Shown here: positions 18,910 to 27,648 of the stretch, one piece after another
Layout of the letters: every line of letters begins with the position of its first letter
Numbering within the stretch: the first letter of the stretch is position 1
Program-made: the position numbers and the translations under genes
Sequence record: MN781580
Source: Shigella phage KRT47
Strand: one strand, 5' to 3'
DNA: 64,000 bases
Notes under the pieces: generated by a model
Databases searched by the model: none
What the model saw: the letters and a program-made list of their open reading frames with translations, nothing else
Told to the model about the DNA's origin: nothing

Positions 18910-19878
18910 TTATTTCAGAAGAGTAACCTCAGCGATTTCTTCCCAACCGTTTTTGTCGGTCATAATAAAGTCAGCAAGATAAAGAGCAGTACGCAGTGAA
19001 ACATTGCGTAAACGATTAACATTGACTTTCATCCATGATAATGCTTTATAAGTTTCTTCATCAGAAAGACCGCGCTTTTGCATCATGTCAGTTGAAAGAA
19101 TAACATCTTCAACCCTGACCATAATTTCTTCATTAGTGTGAACACCCAAATCCAAATAAACTGAGCGGGACACTAATGCTTGTAAGTGTGGGGCAAGTTT
19201 AGTACCACGGTCTAATTCGCGGTCAATGTCAACGTTTGTGATAAAAACAATCGTTCCTTTAAATTCAAACTCACGCTCAATGCCTTTTTCTTCTAAGTAA
19301 GAAGATGCAGTGCTCCAGCAGACTTTGCGGGTCTCTCCGGTGTCCAGAGCAGCTTTCAGAAGATTAAGAATGTCCATATCAGAGAAAACATCCACATCAT
19401 CAATCAAAAGGACAGAATTCTCTTCACGATTATTCCAAAGCTGCTCATAAAGACCGATACCAGAGATTTTACCGTTAATGCTTTTATACTCAATGTATCC
19501 AATATCATTTGCTTTATTTAAAGCTTTATCTAAAGAATACGTTTTACCAATACCTGCTGCTCCCGAGATAATTAATGAACGAATGTTTCCGTTAATAATA
19601 CCATTCGTCATCATTCCCATAACATTAAATCTTTTATTAATGCGGGTTTTCATATCTTCATATGATTCTTTAACTTCTTCAACTTTTACACCATCATATG
19701 AAATGTCTGATTTGTAAACCCAAACACCGCGACGTTTACCGTCAATTTCAACAAAAACTTTACCATCTCCTTGTGCATCTACTGGAGCATTATCTGGGAA
19801 CCATTCGCCTAAGAGCTCAAAAGTTCCAGAGATTTCTTTACCGAAGTAGATACCCTTATTGATAGTTACAGTTTTCAT
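18910..19878 (-). CDS. P-loop NTPase (AAA-like ATPase)
   Basis: Walker A SGAAGIGKTYS and Walker B-like VLLIDDVD; start set to MKTVTINKG Met at 19878 after promoter/RBS. Confidence 0.7.
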   Translation of the reverse strand: MKTVTINKGIYFGKEISGTFELLGEWFPDNAPVDAQGDGKVFVEIDGKRRGVWVYKSDISYDGVKVEEVKESYEDMKTRINKRFNVMGMMTNGIINGNIRSLIISGAAGIGKTYSLDKALNKANDIGYIEYKSINGKISGIGLYEQLWNNREENSVLLIDDVDVFSDMDILNLLKAALDTGETRKVCWSTASSYLEEKGIEREFEFKGTIVFITNVDIDRELDRGTKLAPHLQALVSRSVYLDLGVHTNEEIMVRVEDVILSTDMMQKRGLSDEETYKALSWMKVNVNRLRNVSLRTALYLADFIMTDKNGWEEIAEVTLLK

Positions 19879-19912
19879 TTTATTCTCCAAATCCGTATCA
19901 GTTGATAGTTGT

Positions 19913-19942
19913 ATAGTACCATAAAGCTTTATGCTTGTAAAC
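19913..19942 (-). promoter_or_regulatory. early promoter within a repeated cassette
   Basis: minus strand GTTTAC, 18 nt, TACTAT. Confidence 0.65.
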
Positions 19943-19973
19943 AACTTTGTGAAAAATTTTTGAAATAAAAAAA

Positions 19974-19991
19974 GGGAGCCCGAAGGCTCCC
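19974..19991 (-). terminator. intrinsic terminator
   Basis: gggagcc-cgaa-ggctccc hairpin followed by a U-run on the minus strand, right after the stop of ORF 19994..21007. Confidence 0.65.
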
Positions 19992-19993
19992 TA

Positions 19994-21007
19994 TCATTTA
20001 TAATAACTTCGGTGGTTTTCAAGATAAACCTTCTCAAGGAAGTCATCCCAGAAACTCATGTCTACTTTTTGCTGCATACCGTTCTTAGAAGCTTCAGTAG
20101 ATGCTGCTTCTACTTGATCAACCACATCTTCCAAAAACTCTTGAACCGTTTTAAATGGATGTTTACCTAACTTCACGTCGAGAATAAAGGGAGCATCTTT
20201 GAGTGGATAAATCAAGTCGCCAGTTTTGTAAATTTCCAATAGTTGAAGTCCACCACGACAAGCATGACTCAGAGCTTTCCAATCAATACCTTCATTAGCT
20301 TCGGCTTTACGAGCACGTTCACCATATTCAGCATCTAATTTGTTCAGTGACTGCTTAAGCTCAATAAGAGAAAGCGTTGTCTGATATTTACGACCCAATA
20401 CAGTGTAGAACGTTTGTGGACCTGTTTTCTCATGATTATGGAACACCCATTCACAGAATTCGTTTTCTGGAAGACGATGCTTAATATCTTCAACTTTAGT
20501 GCGACGCTGCTTAATAGAACCATCTTCTTGGTAATCAACCCATTGCTCAGGGATTTGATTAACTACTTTCAATACATCGCGTAATGCAGCCAAACGAGAA
20601 CCCTTGACACCGTATTTAGAAGCTTGCTTGCGAACATATCCTAAATAGGATTTCATGTTAGTCGTATAAAAACGAGAACGGTTGTCTTGAATAAACTTCC
20701 ACACGTCAGGCAAATCAGATTTAACCACTAGTTCAGGTGGAGTGTGAAGCATATCCAATGCTACAGTTTCACCATCTGCTGCTAATTTAAAGAAATATTT
20801 AAGACTGTATAGTTCATGGTCAATATCATCTTTAGTGTTTTTAGATGATGTGTTATTAGTGTTTTTACTCATGTGCTCTTTGACATTTCCGATAAGAATA
20901 TCACGAGCAGGAGGAACAAAAATTTCTTTAAAATCTACATCAGATTCTGGGGTAGAAGTTCCATAAAGATGACTACCAAAATAGCTTTTCATTACTGTTT
21001 TCATCAT
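19994..21007 (-). CDS. nucleotidyltransferase-fold protein (pol-beta/CD-NTase-like motif)
   Basis: 337 aa; N-terminal GS-x10-DVD motif (YFGSHLYGTSTPESDVDF) and a later acidic DDIDHE segment. Confidence 0.7.
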   Translation of the reverse strand: MMKTVMKSYFGSHLYGTSTPESDVDFKEIFVPPARDILIGNVKEHMSKNTNNTSSKNTKDDIDHELYSLKYFFKLAADGETVALDMLHTPPELVVKSDLPDVWKFIQDNRSRFYTTNMKSYLGYVRKQASKYGVKGSRLAALRDVLKVVNQIPEQWVDYQEDGSIKQRRTKVEDIKHRLPENEFCEWVFHNHEKTGPQTFYTVLGRKYQTTLSLIELKQSLNKLDAEYGERARKAEANEGIDWKALSHACRGGLQLLEIYKTGDLIYPLKDAPFILDVKLGKHPFKTVQEFLEDVVDQVEAASTEASKNGMQQKVDMSFWDDFLEKVYLENHRSYYK

Positions 21008-21465
21008 TCAGCCTTATATTCAATAACAGGACATACTTTAGCTTTACGAGCTTTTAAAAATTCAACGATAATCGATTTCTTGGGTTGAATAGGAGGTAAA
21101 CCTTTATACGCCCTATCAATATTTTCTATGTGTAAAGCATAATCCTTTTTCCATTTATAATCTTTATATTTTTCATGCAAATGTGCAGGAATAACAAATG
21201 AACCAATAATAAGTAAAACAAGCAAAATGGCAAGTATAAATGCTGATGGAATAAGAGTCCATAAACTACCAAAAATAAGCCATTTCTGTATGATTTCTGC
21301 ACAGATAATAGTTAGACCTGCGAGTATAGTACATCCGAAAAAAGAAACGAAAAATGTAGGAATAACAACAGACCAAAAATATGCACACAGTGTCTTAGGT
21401 CGTTTCCATTCATCATTAAACATTTTGAATAATTTATAGTGCCAAGAGTTTTCATTAATAATCAT
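21004..21465 (-). CDS. integral membrane protein
   Basis: 153 aa with at least three long hydrophobic segments. Confidence 0.7.
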   Translation of the reverse strand: MIINENSWHYKLFKMFNDEWKRPKTLCAYFWSVVIPTFFVSFFGCTILAGLTIICAEIIQKWLIFGSLWTLIPSAFILAILLVLLIIGSFVIPAHLHEKYKDYKWKKDYALHIENIDRAYKGLPPIQPKKSIIVEFLKARKAKVCPVIEYKAE

Positions 21466-21467
21466 AA

Positions 21468-21989
21468 TTATCCTTTCATTGAAGGTGTAACAGTTGTTAA
21501 ATACTTAATCATAGCTTCAGCTTCTGATTTTGATAATGAAATTTCTCCATTGTTTTGACGAATAGAAATAAAATCCGGATGACGGTCACCACCAGCTTTT
21601 AAAATACACATATAAGTATCAGTTTCATCTTCAATATCTGAAATGATTGAAGCAGTTCCGCATGAATGTGGTTTTTGATAAATCAATGCAGCTTTTCTTC
21701 CACCGTTTGACTGTTCATAAACTTTTAACACATCAAACAAATCACTTCTTTTATCAATAGCTAAGATGTTGTTTTCATCTTCAATGTTAAATCCTTCGGA
21801 TACTTCATAAAGTGTCACCCATAAATCACCGATGTCAATAACAGCATTTCCTTTTCCACGACTTTCAAGAATATGACAAATTTTCTTGATTTCGTCATAA
21901 CTCATTTTAATAATATCATCTCCTTGAATAAGGAAGATGTCATTTTTAAATTTAACGCGAATTAAACCACTTCCACTTGAAATAAACAT
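21468..21989 (-). CDS. hypothetical protein (paralog pair member B)
   Basis: 173 aa; C-terminus SKSEAEAMIKYLTTVTPSM resembles the C-terminus of the neighbouring ORF. Confidence 0.65.
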   Translation of the reverse strand: MFISSGSGLIRVKFKNDIFLIQGDDIIKMSYDEIKKICHILESRGKGNAVIDIGDLWVTLYEVSEGFNIEDENNILAIDKRSDLFDVLKVYEQSNGGRKAALIYQKPHSCGTASIISDIEDETDTYMCILKAGGDRHPDFISIRQNNGEISLSKSEAEAMIKYLTTVTPSMKG

Positions 21990-21995
21990 ATTTCC

Positions 21996-22553
21996 TCACT
22001 TTGAAATCATAGTTGGAATGACAGAATCAAGATAAGTCTTTAGCGCAATGGCTTCGTCTTTGGTAAATGTGACAATATGTGATCGAAAATCGTCAATTTG
22101 GCGAATAGTTAAGACATCTCCCTCTTCATAACATTTTGATACATTTAAAAGAGTTTCATCATTCTGATTGCAATCGTTAGTAATAATAGCATTGCAATTT
22201 TTGAGCCATTTTAAACTATGTTTTCTTTCATTAGAATAATAAAAATATTTAATCTTAGCTATAAAACTATCCCAATGAATAACTGATAAACACATTGACT
22301 CACTTTTAATATTAAATCCTGGGCATGAAGAATAAAAATGAATTTTGTGCTCATCATTGATGCTTACTATTTTATCAGTATAAGGATATTCAATTTGGGT
22401 TAAATGAATGATTTCATTAGGCGTAAAATACAGCATATCGTCTTCTTGCGTCAAACGATACATGTTATTTACTTTTTCTATAGCCAATTCACCAAAAAGC
22501 GGACTAACTTCTAATACTAATCGTTTCATATTGATTCTCTTCGACTCACTCAT
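21996..22553 (-). CDS. hypothetical protein (paralog pair member A)
   Basis: 185 aa; C-terminus TKDEAIALKTYLDSVIPTM. Confidence 0.65.
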   Translation of the reverse strand: MSESKRINMKRLVLEVSPLFGELAIEKVNNMYRLTQEDDMLYFTPNEIIHLTQIEYPYTDKIVSINDEHKIHFYSSCPGFNIKSESMCLSVIHWDSFIAKIKYFYYSNERKHSLKWLKNCNAIITNDCNQNDETLLNVSKCYEEGDVLTIRQIDDFRSHIVTFTKDEAIALKTYLDSVIPTMISK

Positions 22554-22688
22554 AATTACATACTCCTTTGAATAATATCAATAATGTTGTTCACCAGATT
22601 ATAAGTAAACATCGGGTGATAATATTGAATCATCACATACACAACAAACAAAATTTTCATTCTCTTCTCCTTGGCAGTTGACAAGATT

Positions 22689-22718
22689 ACTATACCATAA
22701 CCTTGCCAACTTGTAAAC
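22689..22718 (-). promoter_or_regulatory. early promoter
   Basis: minus strand GTTTAC, 18 nt, TATAGT. Confidence 0.55.
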
Positions 22719-22720
22719 CA

Positions 22721-22894
22721 TTAAATGACGTTTTCAATAAAATTCTGAAGCTTTGTGTGAGCATCAACCATGATTTTCATTTCTTCCTTTGCGAAAGCTG
22801 TACCTCTTTCTCGAGCAGAATACTCATAGTCAGAAACTGCATTAGCATATTCTTCAATTAGCTTCATTAAAAACATCTGCTTTTCAGTTTTCAT
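22721..22894 (-). CDS. hypothetical small protein (57 aa, below ORF-track cutoff)
   Basis: ATG at 22894 preceded by AGGTGG; translation MKTEKQMFLMKLIEEYANAVSDYEYSARERG... Confidence 0.4.
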   Translation of the reverse strand: MKTEKQMFLMKLIEEYANAVSDYEYSARERGTAFAKEEMKIMVDAHTKLQNFIENVI

Positions 22895-23078
22895 TATTCC
22901 ACCTAATCATTTCAAGATATTGAACTAACTTAGCTTTGGATTTATCCAAATCTCTTTTAGCTGCTTCTATACCATCGTATGAGTATCCTTCACAATGCTC
23001 AACTGCCAATTGGTATGAATCTATTTCAATATCACGTGCTAATTTAATGATTTTTTCAAACTGTTCGCGTGTTAACAT
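22884..23078 (-). CDS. hypothetical protein
   Basis: 64-aa ORF. Confidence 0.6.
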   Translation of the reverse strand: MLTREQFEKIIKLARDIEIDSYQLAVEHCEGYSYDGIEAAKRDLDKSKAKLVQYLEMIRWNNEN

Positions 23079-23080
23079 AC

Positions 23081-23263
23081 TTAAACTCTCGTATTATGAT
23101 CGATAATTTCATCAAGAAACATATCTAAAGCTTCTAAAGCATTATCAACTTTAGCTTCAAATTCTTCAATACCTGATAAGGCAAAGTTAACGCGTTCCTC
23201 ATCTGCTTTGCGAATTAAAGCTACCAATTCTTTAATTTTATCTGCTTGTTCGATACTAATCAT
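23081..23263 (-). CDS. hypothetical small protein
   Basis: start at MISIEQADK Met giving TAATG stop-start overlap with upstream gene. Confidence 0.5.
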   Translation of the reverse strand: MISIEQADKIKELVALIRKADEERVNFALSGIEEFEAKVDNALEALDMFLDEIIDHNTRV

Positions 23264-23451
23264 TATTCCACCACATATGAAAGAGAGAATATTGCACACG
23301 CCATGTGAGTTGCAACTTCATCACACATATTATAACGTTTCTTAAGAAATTCTACAAGTTCTTCACTAGTAACTTCATCCATGTCGACGAAAAAATCACC
23401 ATTAATGATGACGTAGATATTTCCTTCTTGATTGAGTGCTTCAATTTTCAT
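23263..23451 (-). CDS. hypothetical small protein
   Basis: start at MKIEALNQ Met at 23451 after promoter and AGGAG RBS. Confidence 0.55.
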   Translation of the reverse strand: MKIEALNQEGNIYVIINGDFFVDMDEVTSEELVEFLKKRYNMCDEVATHMACAIFSLSYVVE

Positions 23452-23479
23452 GATGTTCTCCTCTTTATCCGATAGTTGT

Positions 23480-23509
23480 ATAGTACCACAGCTCAAACGG
23501 AAAGTAAAC
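23480..23509 (-). promoter_or_regulatory. early promoter within a repeated cassette
   Basis: minus strand GTTTAC, 18 nt, TACTAT. Confidence 0.65.
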
Positions 23510-23524
23510 CGGTAAAATGAAAAA

Positions 23525-23542
23525 AGTCTCCCGAAGGAGACT
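23525..23542 (-). terminator. intrinsic terminator
   Basis: agtctcc-cgaa-ggagact hairpin followed by a U-run on the minus strand. Confidence 0.6.
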
Positions 23543-23546
23543 AATG

Positions 23547-23933
23547 TTATTCGAGGGAAAGAAGATACTTACTCTGGTAAAACATTCCAGTAATATCATC
23601 TATCGTGCTTTGGATGGCTGGAGGCATTTCTTTATAAATGCTGTTAGATTGGTCTAGTATGTGATCAATCATTTTAATTGTGTCGGTAGGAAGTTTACTG
23701 GCATCTGGAATTGAAGGCGTGTATTTTCTACCAGAATACCCCAAATATTGCTCACCAAATTTATCAATCAAATCTGGCAACTCGGAGAAAATAAAATCGT
23801 ATGCTTTGTGTCTAGCATAACTTTTAGTTTCAAAATGCGCAGAATGAAAATAAGCTTGTGCAGCCATTAATAAACCTAAGTATTCATCTGCCTTTGAAGG
23901 TTTTCCACTTTGTGAAAAGTCGCTGAATTTCAT
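23547..23933 (-). CDS. hypothetical protein (positional equivalent of T4 rI.-1)
   Basis: 128-aa ORF immediately downstream of rI. Confidence 0.65.
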   Translation of the reverse strand: MKFSDFSQSGKPSKADEYLGLLMAAQAYFHSAHFETKSYARHKAYDFIFSELPDLIDKFGEQYLGYSGRKYTPSIPDASKLPTDTIKMIDHILDQSNSIYKEMPPAIQSTIDDITGMFYQSKYLLSLE

Positions 23934-24223
23934 TCAGTCTCCAATTTAATGTTCATAATTCTAGCGTATGATTGTGCCATCTCCGCGCCTCGCTCTATAC
24001 ATTCAAAATCGGAAGAGCACGGGTCATTTTTATAAGTCGTTCGCATAAAACTATAGAACTGTTCAGATGATTCTACGCTTTTATTTTCAAAAAGCATATA
24101 AACGTGTCTAATACCAGATTCCATAAATTTATCAAAATGAGGATCGACATTCGCTTCAATCGGTGGAGATAAAGCAAACGCTAATCCTAGCATGGCAAAT
24201 AGTGCCGTTGCTTTTAAGGCCAT
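23930..24223 (-). CDS. rI: lysis-inhibition regulator rI (signal-anchored periplasmic protein)
   Basis: 97 aa; N-terminal hydrophobic signal MALKATALFAMLGLAFALSP; matches recalled T4 RI. Confidence 0.85.
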   Translation of the reverse strand: MALKATALFAMLGLAFALSPPIEANVDPHFDKFMESGIRHVYMLFENKSVESSEQFYSFMRTTYKNDPCSSDFECIERGAEMAQSYARIMNIKLETE

Positions 24224-24235
24224 AAAGGCCTCCTA

Positions 24236-24448
24236 TCATTTTTGTCCTGTATTTACTTTATGCCGATGCACGGCCTTAACTTTATCAAGGTATTTTTCAA
24301 AATTTCGCAATCTAGTATAGTCTGCCGGAGATTGGTTGAGTGATACTTCTCGACGCAAAGCTGAAATGATATTTCCAACTTCCCTACGAATTTCATCTAA
24401 TTGAAGAACAGTAAGATTGCGAAGTTGCTTTTCAGTTAATTGTAGCAT
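24236..24448 (-). CDS. hypothetical protein
   Basis: 70-aa ORF. Confidence 0.6.
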
Positions 24449-24490
24449 ATATACCCCTTTAGTTAGATAAACCTATTTATAACTTTTGCA

Positions 24491-25072
24491 CTAACCGAGC
24501 TTTTTAGTTAATTCATTCCAATGTTTTCTGCACAAAGAAACATAAATTTCATCACCAATACAGATTTGATTACCTTCTTTAACTGGTGTTCCATCTTCCA
24601 TTAATCGAGCTGTCATAATAGCTTTTTTACCACAATGACAAACTGCTTTTAGTTCAATAAGTTTATCTGCAATCGCCAAAAGTTCTTTAGAACCTTCAAA
24701 TAATTTTCCAGCGAAATCAGTCCTTAGTCCATAAGCCATAACAGGAACATTATATGTATCAACAATTCGGCTTAATTGATGCACCTGTTCAGTTTTTAAA
24801 AACTGAGCTTCATCTACAAATACACAATGAATATCTTTTTGTGCTTCAGCCCATTTATAGAACTCAAAAATATCCATATCATCCGTAATAATATTCGCTT
24901 CCTGCTTAATTCCAATGCGAGAAACGACTTCACAGACAGAATCGCGAGTATCAATAGCAGGTTTAAGAACTAATACACCCATTCCGCGTTCTTTATAATT
25001 ATGCGCAGCAGTCAAAAGAGAAGCAGATTTTCCAGCATTCATTGCTGCATAAGTAAAAATTAAACTCGCCAT
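24491..25072 (-). CDS. tk: thymidine kinase
   Basis: 193 aa; Walker A AMNAGKS; C-terminal zinc cysteines; T4 Tk length. Confidence 0.9.
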   Translation of the reverse strand: MASLIFTYAAMNAGKSASLLTAAHNYKERGMGVLVLKPAIDTRDSVCEVVSRIGIKQEANIITDDMDIFEFYKWAEAQKDIHCVFVDEAQFLKTEQVHQLSRIVDTYNVPVMAYGLRTDFAGKLFEGSKELLAIADKLIELKAVCHCGKKAIMTARLMEDGTPVKEGNQICIGDEIYVSLCRKHWNELTKKLG

Positions 25073-25081
25073 ATCACCTTC

Positions 25082-25267
25082 TTAAAGCGTATTCACATAA
25101 GCTATTAATTCGTTTTCTTTCTTATCAAACCGGTCAGCAAATTCTTCTTGCTGTTCGGGAGATAGCGGGCCGTATTCATCATAAAAGGTGTTTGCTTCTG
25201 TATGCTCATCTAGAAGTTCATGGATAAGCTCAAACAATTTATCTTTTTGTTCTTTGCTTAGGCTCAC
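25082..25267 (-). CDS. hypothetical acidic small protein
   Basis: 61-aa ORF. Confidence 0.55.
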   Translation of the reverse strand: MSLSKEQKDKLFELIHELLDEHTEANTFYDEYGPLSPEQQEEFADRFDKKENELIAYVNTL

Positions 25268-25436
25268 AGTATGTCAATCCCCAAAAGTTTTAAAATGACT
25301 CGTTTCTGATTCATAACCGCTACGATTGAATGACCGTTGGGGTCTTTTTGACCTGATCCAATTATAAATCCTTTTTGCGCAGAAAGTTTAATCAAAACAT
25401 CAAGTTCACGTAATAATTGATATTTTAAATCATCAT

Positions 25437-25643
25437 TCATTTTGGTTTACCTTCTTTAACGAAATCAGGATAAGGATAAAATCCTGAATAAAATCCTTCA
25501 CCTTTATGATTGATGCATCCTTTATTAGAACAATAGCACCAATAATCGAAATCACAAGCCATTTCATCGTTGCATAAAGCAAAAACAACCGGCCACTTAC
25601 ACTTTTCACAGTGGGCATTTTTAAGAATACTAGTTTGGCTCAT
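25437..25643 (-). CDS. cysteine-rich small protein (probable metal binding)
   Basis: start at MSQTS Met giving ATGA overlap; 10 Cys in 68 aa (HCEKCK ... CYCSNKGC). Confidence 0.55.
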   Translation of the reverse strand: MSQTSILKNAHCEKCKWPVVFALCNDEMACDFDYWCYCSNKGCINHKGEGFYSGFYPYPDFVKEGKPK

Positions 25644-25852
25644 AACCATGTAACCTTTAAGCAATATTCTTCTACATGTTGTTTACGACCTTTCTTATCA
25701 ATAAAGGTATATTCAACGAATGTTCCAATGTAGTCTTTATCTACATCATGTGGACTATTAATTGGGCATTTAGTACGGCAAATGCGTTCCCATTGACGAA
25801 TAATTTCTGCTTTGTTTTTAGGATCAAACGGATGCGGGTAATGTACTTTCAT
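25640..25852 (-). CDS. hypothetical protein
   Basis: 70-aa ORF with GGTGG RBS. Confidence 0.55.
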   Translation of the reverse strand: MKVHYPHPFDPKNKAEIIRQWERICRTKCPINSPHDVDKDYIGTFVEYTFIDKKGRKQHVEEYCLKVTWL

Positions 25853-26303
25853 AATCCACCACTATTAAATCAATATCAGGAGTAAACATGTCGATTAATT
25901 TAGAAACCTTATCCCAATCACCGCCAGCAATACCGCAACCTATGCGTGGAATGTAAATTACCGGTTTAAACAAAAGGGTTTCTGCCTGTAGATTTAATTC
26001 TATCATGCAGTTTACTAAAGCACCATAATCAAGATTAGGACCTGGTTCGTATTGCGTATACAGGTTATAGCATATACCAAATCCTGTAGGACTATGTTTA
26101 AAAACAATAGACATATCGCCTAATTTATCACGAGAACCGTACTCGGTAGTGGTTTTATCTATTTCTAAAATTTTGGGATAGGCTCTTGCTAATTGACCTG
26201 CTACGCCAGAGCCCATTGTGTGGAAGCAATTACACCCGTGTGCAATAATATTACCTTGAAGAAATAGGGCGACAATATCGCCCTTGATATATTTTACAAT
26301 CAT
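25824..26303 (-). CDS. macro-domain-like protein (ADP-ribose binding/processing fold)
   Basis: 159 aa; N-terminal AHGCNCFHTMGSGVAG and C-terminal PRIGCGIAGG resemble the two macro-domain glycine-rich motifs. Confidence 0.65.
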   Translation of the reverse strand: MIVKYIKGDIVALFLQGNIIAHGCNCFHTMGSGVAGQLARAYPKILEIDKTTTEYGSRDKLGDMSIVFKHSPTGFGICYNLYTQYEPGPNLDYGALVNCMIELNLQAETLLFKPVIYIPRIGCGIAGGDWDKVSKLIDMFTPDIDLIVVDYESTLPASV

Positions 26304-26641
26304 CTAGTACTCAATCCTCGATTATAAGAATCTACTAAACGGTCAACCATTGAATGACAAGCGGCTTTATCTTTCTCCTCCGCAACTGAACATTCTAAGG
26401 TATTCCACTTTTTAGCATATCGTTTTAACAATGTATCATTTTTGTATCTGCTTGATTTATCTCTTTCTCCGTCTTTATATGCATATATTAATTTCTGTGC
26501 AAATTCAGCTTGGCATGCTTTATTTTTCCCGCAATAATCCGCTGCAGTACGGTTTACATACTCTCTAATTTCAGTATATGATGTATCTGCTAACGCAGAA
26601 AATGAAATTAATCCTATACATAAAACCAAAATTTTAGTCAT
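26300..26641 (-). CDS. secreted/periplasmic small protein
   Basis: 113 aa; N-terminal signal peptide MTKILVLCIGLISFSALA; several cysteines. Confidence 0.65.
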   Translation of the reverse strand: MTKILVLCIGLISFSALADTSYTEIREYVNRTAADYCGKNKACQAEFAQKLIYAYKDGERDKSSRYKNDTLLKRYAKKWNTLECSVAEEKDKAACHSMVDRLVDSYNRGLSTR

Positions 26642-27179
26642 TTACTATTTCCAAAAGTTTATTATTTTTAAGGTAATTAGCCTTTTCTAGGACTTCAGAA
26701 GCATATTTAGAACCTGCTTTAACATTCCATCCCGAATTATAAGAGGATATTGCTTTTCTTATATCGCCCTTATGTATATTTAACCAATAAGAAAGTTCAA
26801 TGTACGCCCAGGAAGCTGAATTGGACCGTTTATTCAACATTCTTTTTATTTCAGCATCGGTCATATTATAACCAAGTTCCTTAACTCTTGCTCGCATAGT
26901 AGGCAAATAATTTTGGAACATTCCGTAGGCGTGATGCTTTGGTTTAGATTTTAAATTAACTCCGCCAGAGCTTTCTTGCCATAAAATGGCTGCCATTATA
27001 TGACCTAATCCGCTCTTGTGGATATTTTTGTGTGTTTTATATTTTCCATCCTTAGAAAATTGTTCCCCGAATTGATACGCGTAACGCATGTTATCGAGTT
27101 GGACATTACTGAAAGTATGCTCGGAGCTATGTGCCATCATTGAAATGGCCAATAGACCAGCGAGTAGTGCTTTTCTCAT
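26634..27179 (-). CDS. secreted lytic-transglycosylase-like protein
   Basis: 181 aa; signal peptide MRKALLAGLLAISMMAHS; ES...GMFQ...YN motif arrangement reminiscent of SLT domain. Confidence 0.6.
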   Translation of the reverse strand: MRKALLAGLLAISMMAHSSEHTFSNVQLDNMRYAYQFGEQFSKDGKYKTHKNIHKSGLGHIMAAILWQESSGGVNLKSKPKHHAYGMFQNYLPTMRARVKELGYNMTDAEIKRMLNKRSNSASWAYIELSYWLNIHKGDIRKAISSYNSGWNVKAGSKYASEVLEKANYLKNNKLLEIVND

Positions 27180-27186
27180 GCTTACC

Positions 27187-27648
27187 TCATTGAGTTTTAA
27201 TTACTGCTTTAGAAGCCTTTCCTGGTAAACGACGACTGTTGATAATTGCCATCCTGCATTGAAGCGACGGGTCTTTGAACTTCGCATTAGGTTTACAAAC
27301 TGTAAATCCAAGCCAAAGATTTCCATCTGTGATTTCTAAACGCCCAGGACGATATTCAACCCCATCAATAAAATCCTCGTCAATGTCCGGACGCGGAGGC
27401 ATACTCAGGAATTCATTAACTTCTAAAACATGGTCTTTTATTTTGTGGAATAATTCAAAAACATATGTCTCATCAATCTCCCGTTGAATTGCACGGTCAA
27501 GAAGATGCTGAGAATATTTTAGATGAAACGATGAGACCCCTGCTGCTTTTGATGCCTCACGAATCTCATTGTTAATTTGACGAAACTCCGACTCAAAGTG
27601 ACGACGGAGCTTATTTCGACGGATAAAAACTTCTGTGTTGATAGTCAT
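27187..27648 (-). CDS. regB: endoribonuclease RegB
   Basis: 153 aa; sequence matches recalled T4 RegB from MTINTEVFIRRNKLRRHFESEF. Confidence 0.88.
   Translation of the reverse strand: MTINTEVFIRRNKLRRHFESEFRQINNEIREASKAAGVSSFHLKYSQHLLDRAIQREIDETYVFELFHKIKDHVLEVNEFLSMPPRPDIDEDFIDGVEYRPGRLEITDGNLWLGFTVCKPNAKFKDPSLQCRMAIINSRRLPGKASKAVIKTQ

Noticed and set aside
22581-22610. Possible extra early promoter (GTTTAC, 18 nt, CATTAT) upstream of ORF 21996..22553
   Set aside because: The -10 element is weak and lies inside the tiny hydrophobic ORF; not confident enough to list as a feature.
25433-25618. ORF 25433..25618
   Set aside because: Alternative frame of the cysteine-rich gene; hydrophobic low-complexity translation.
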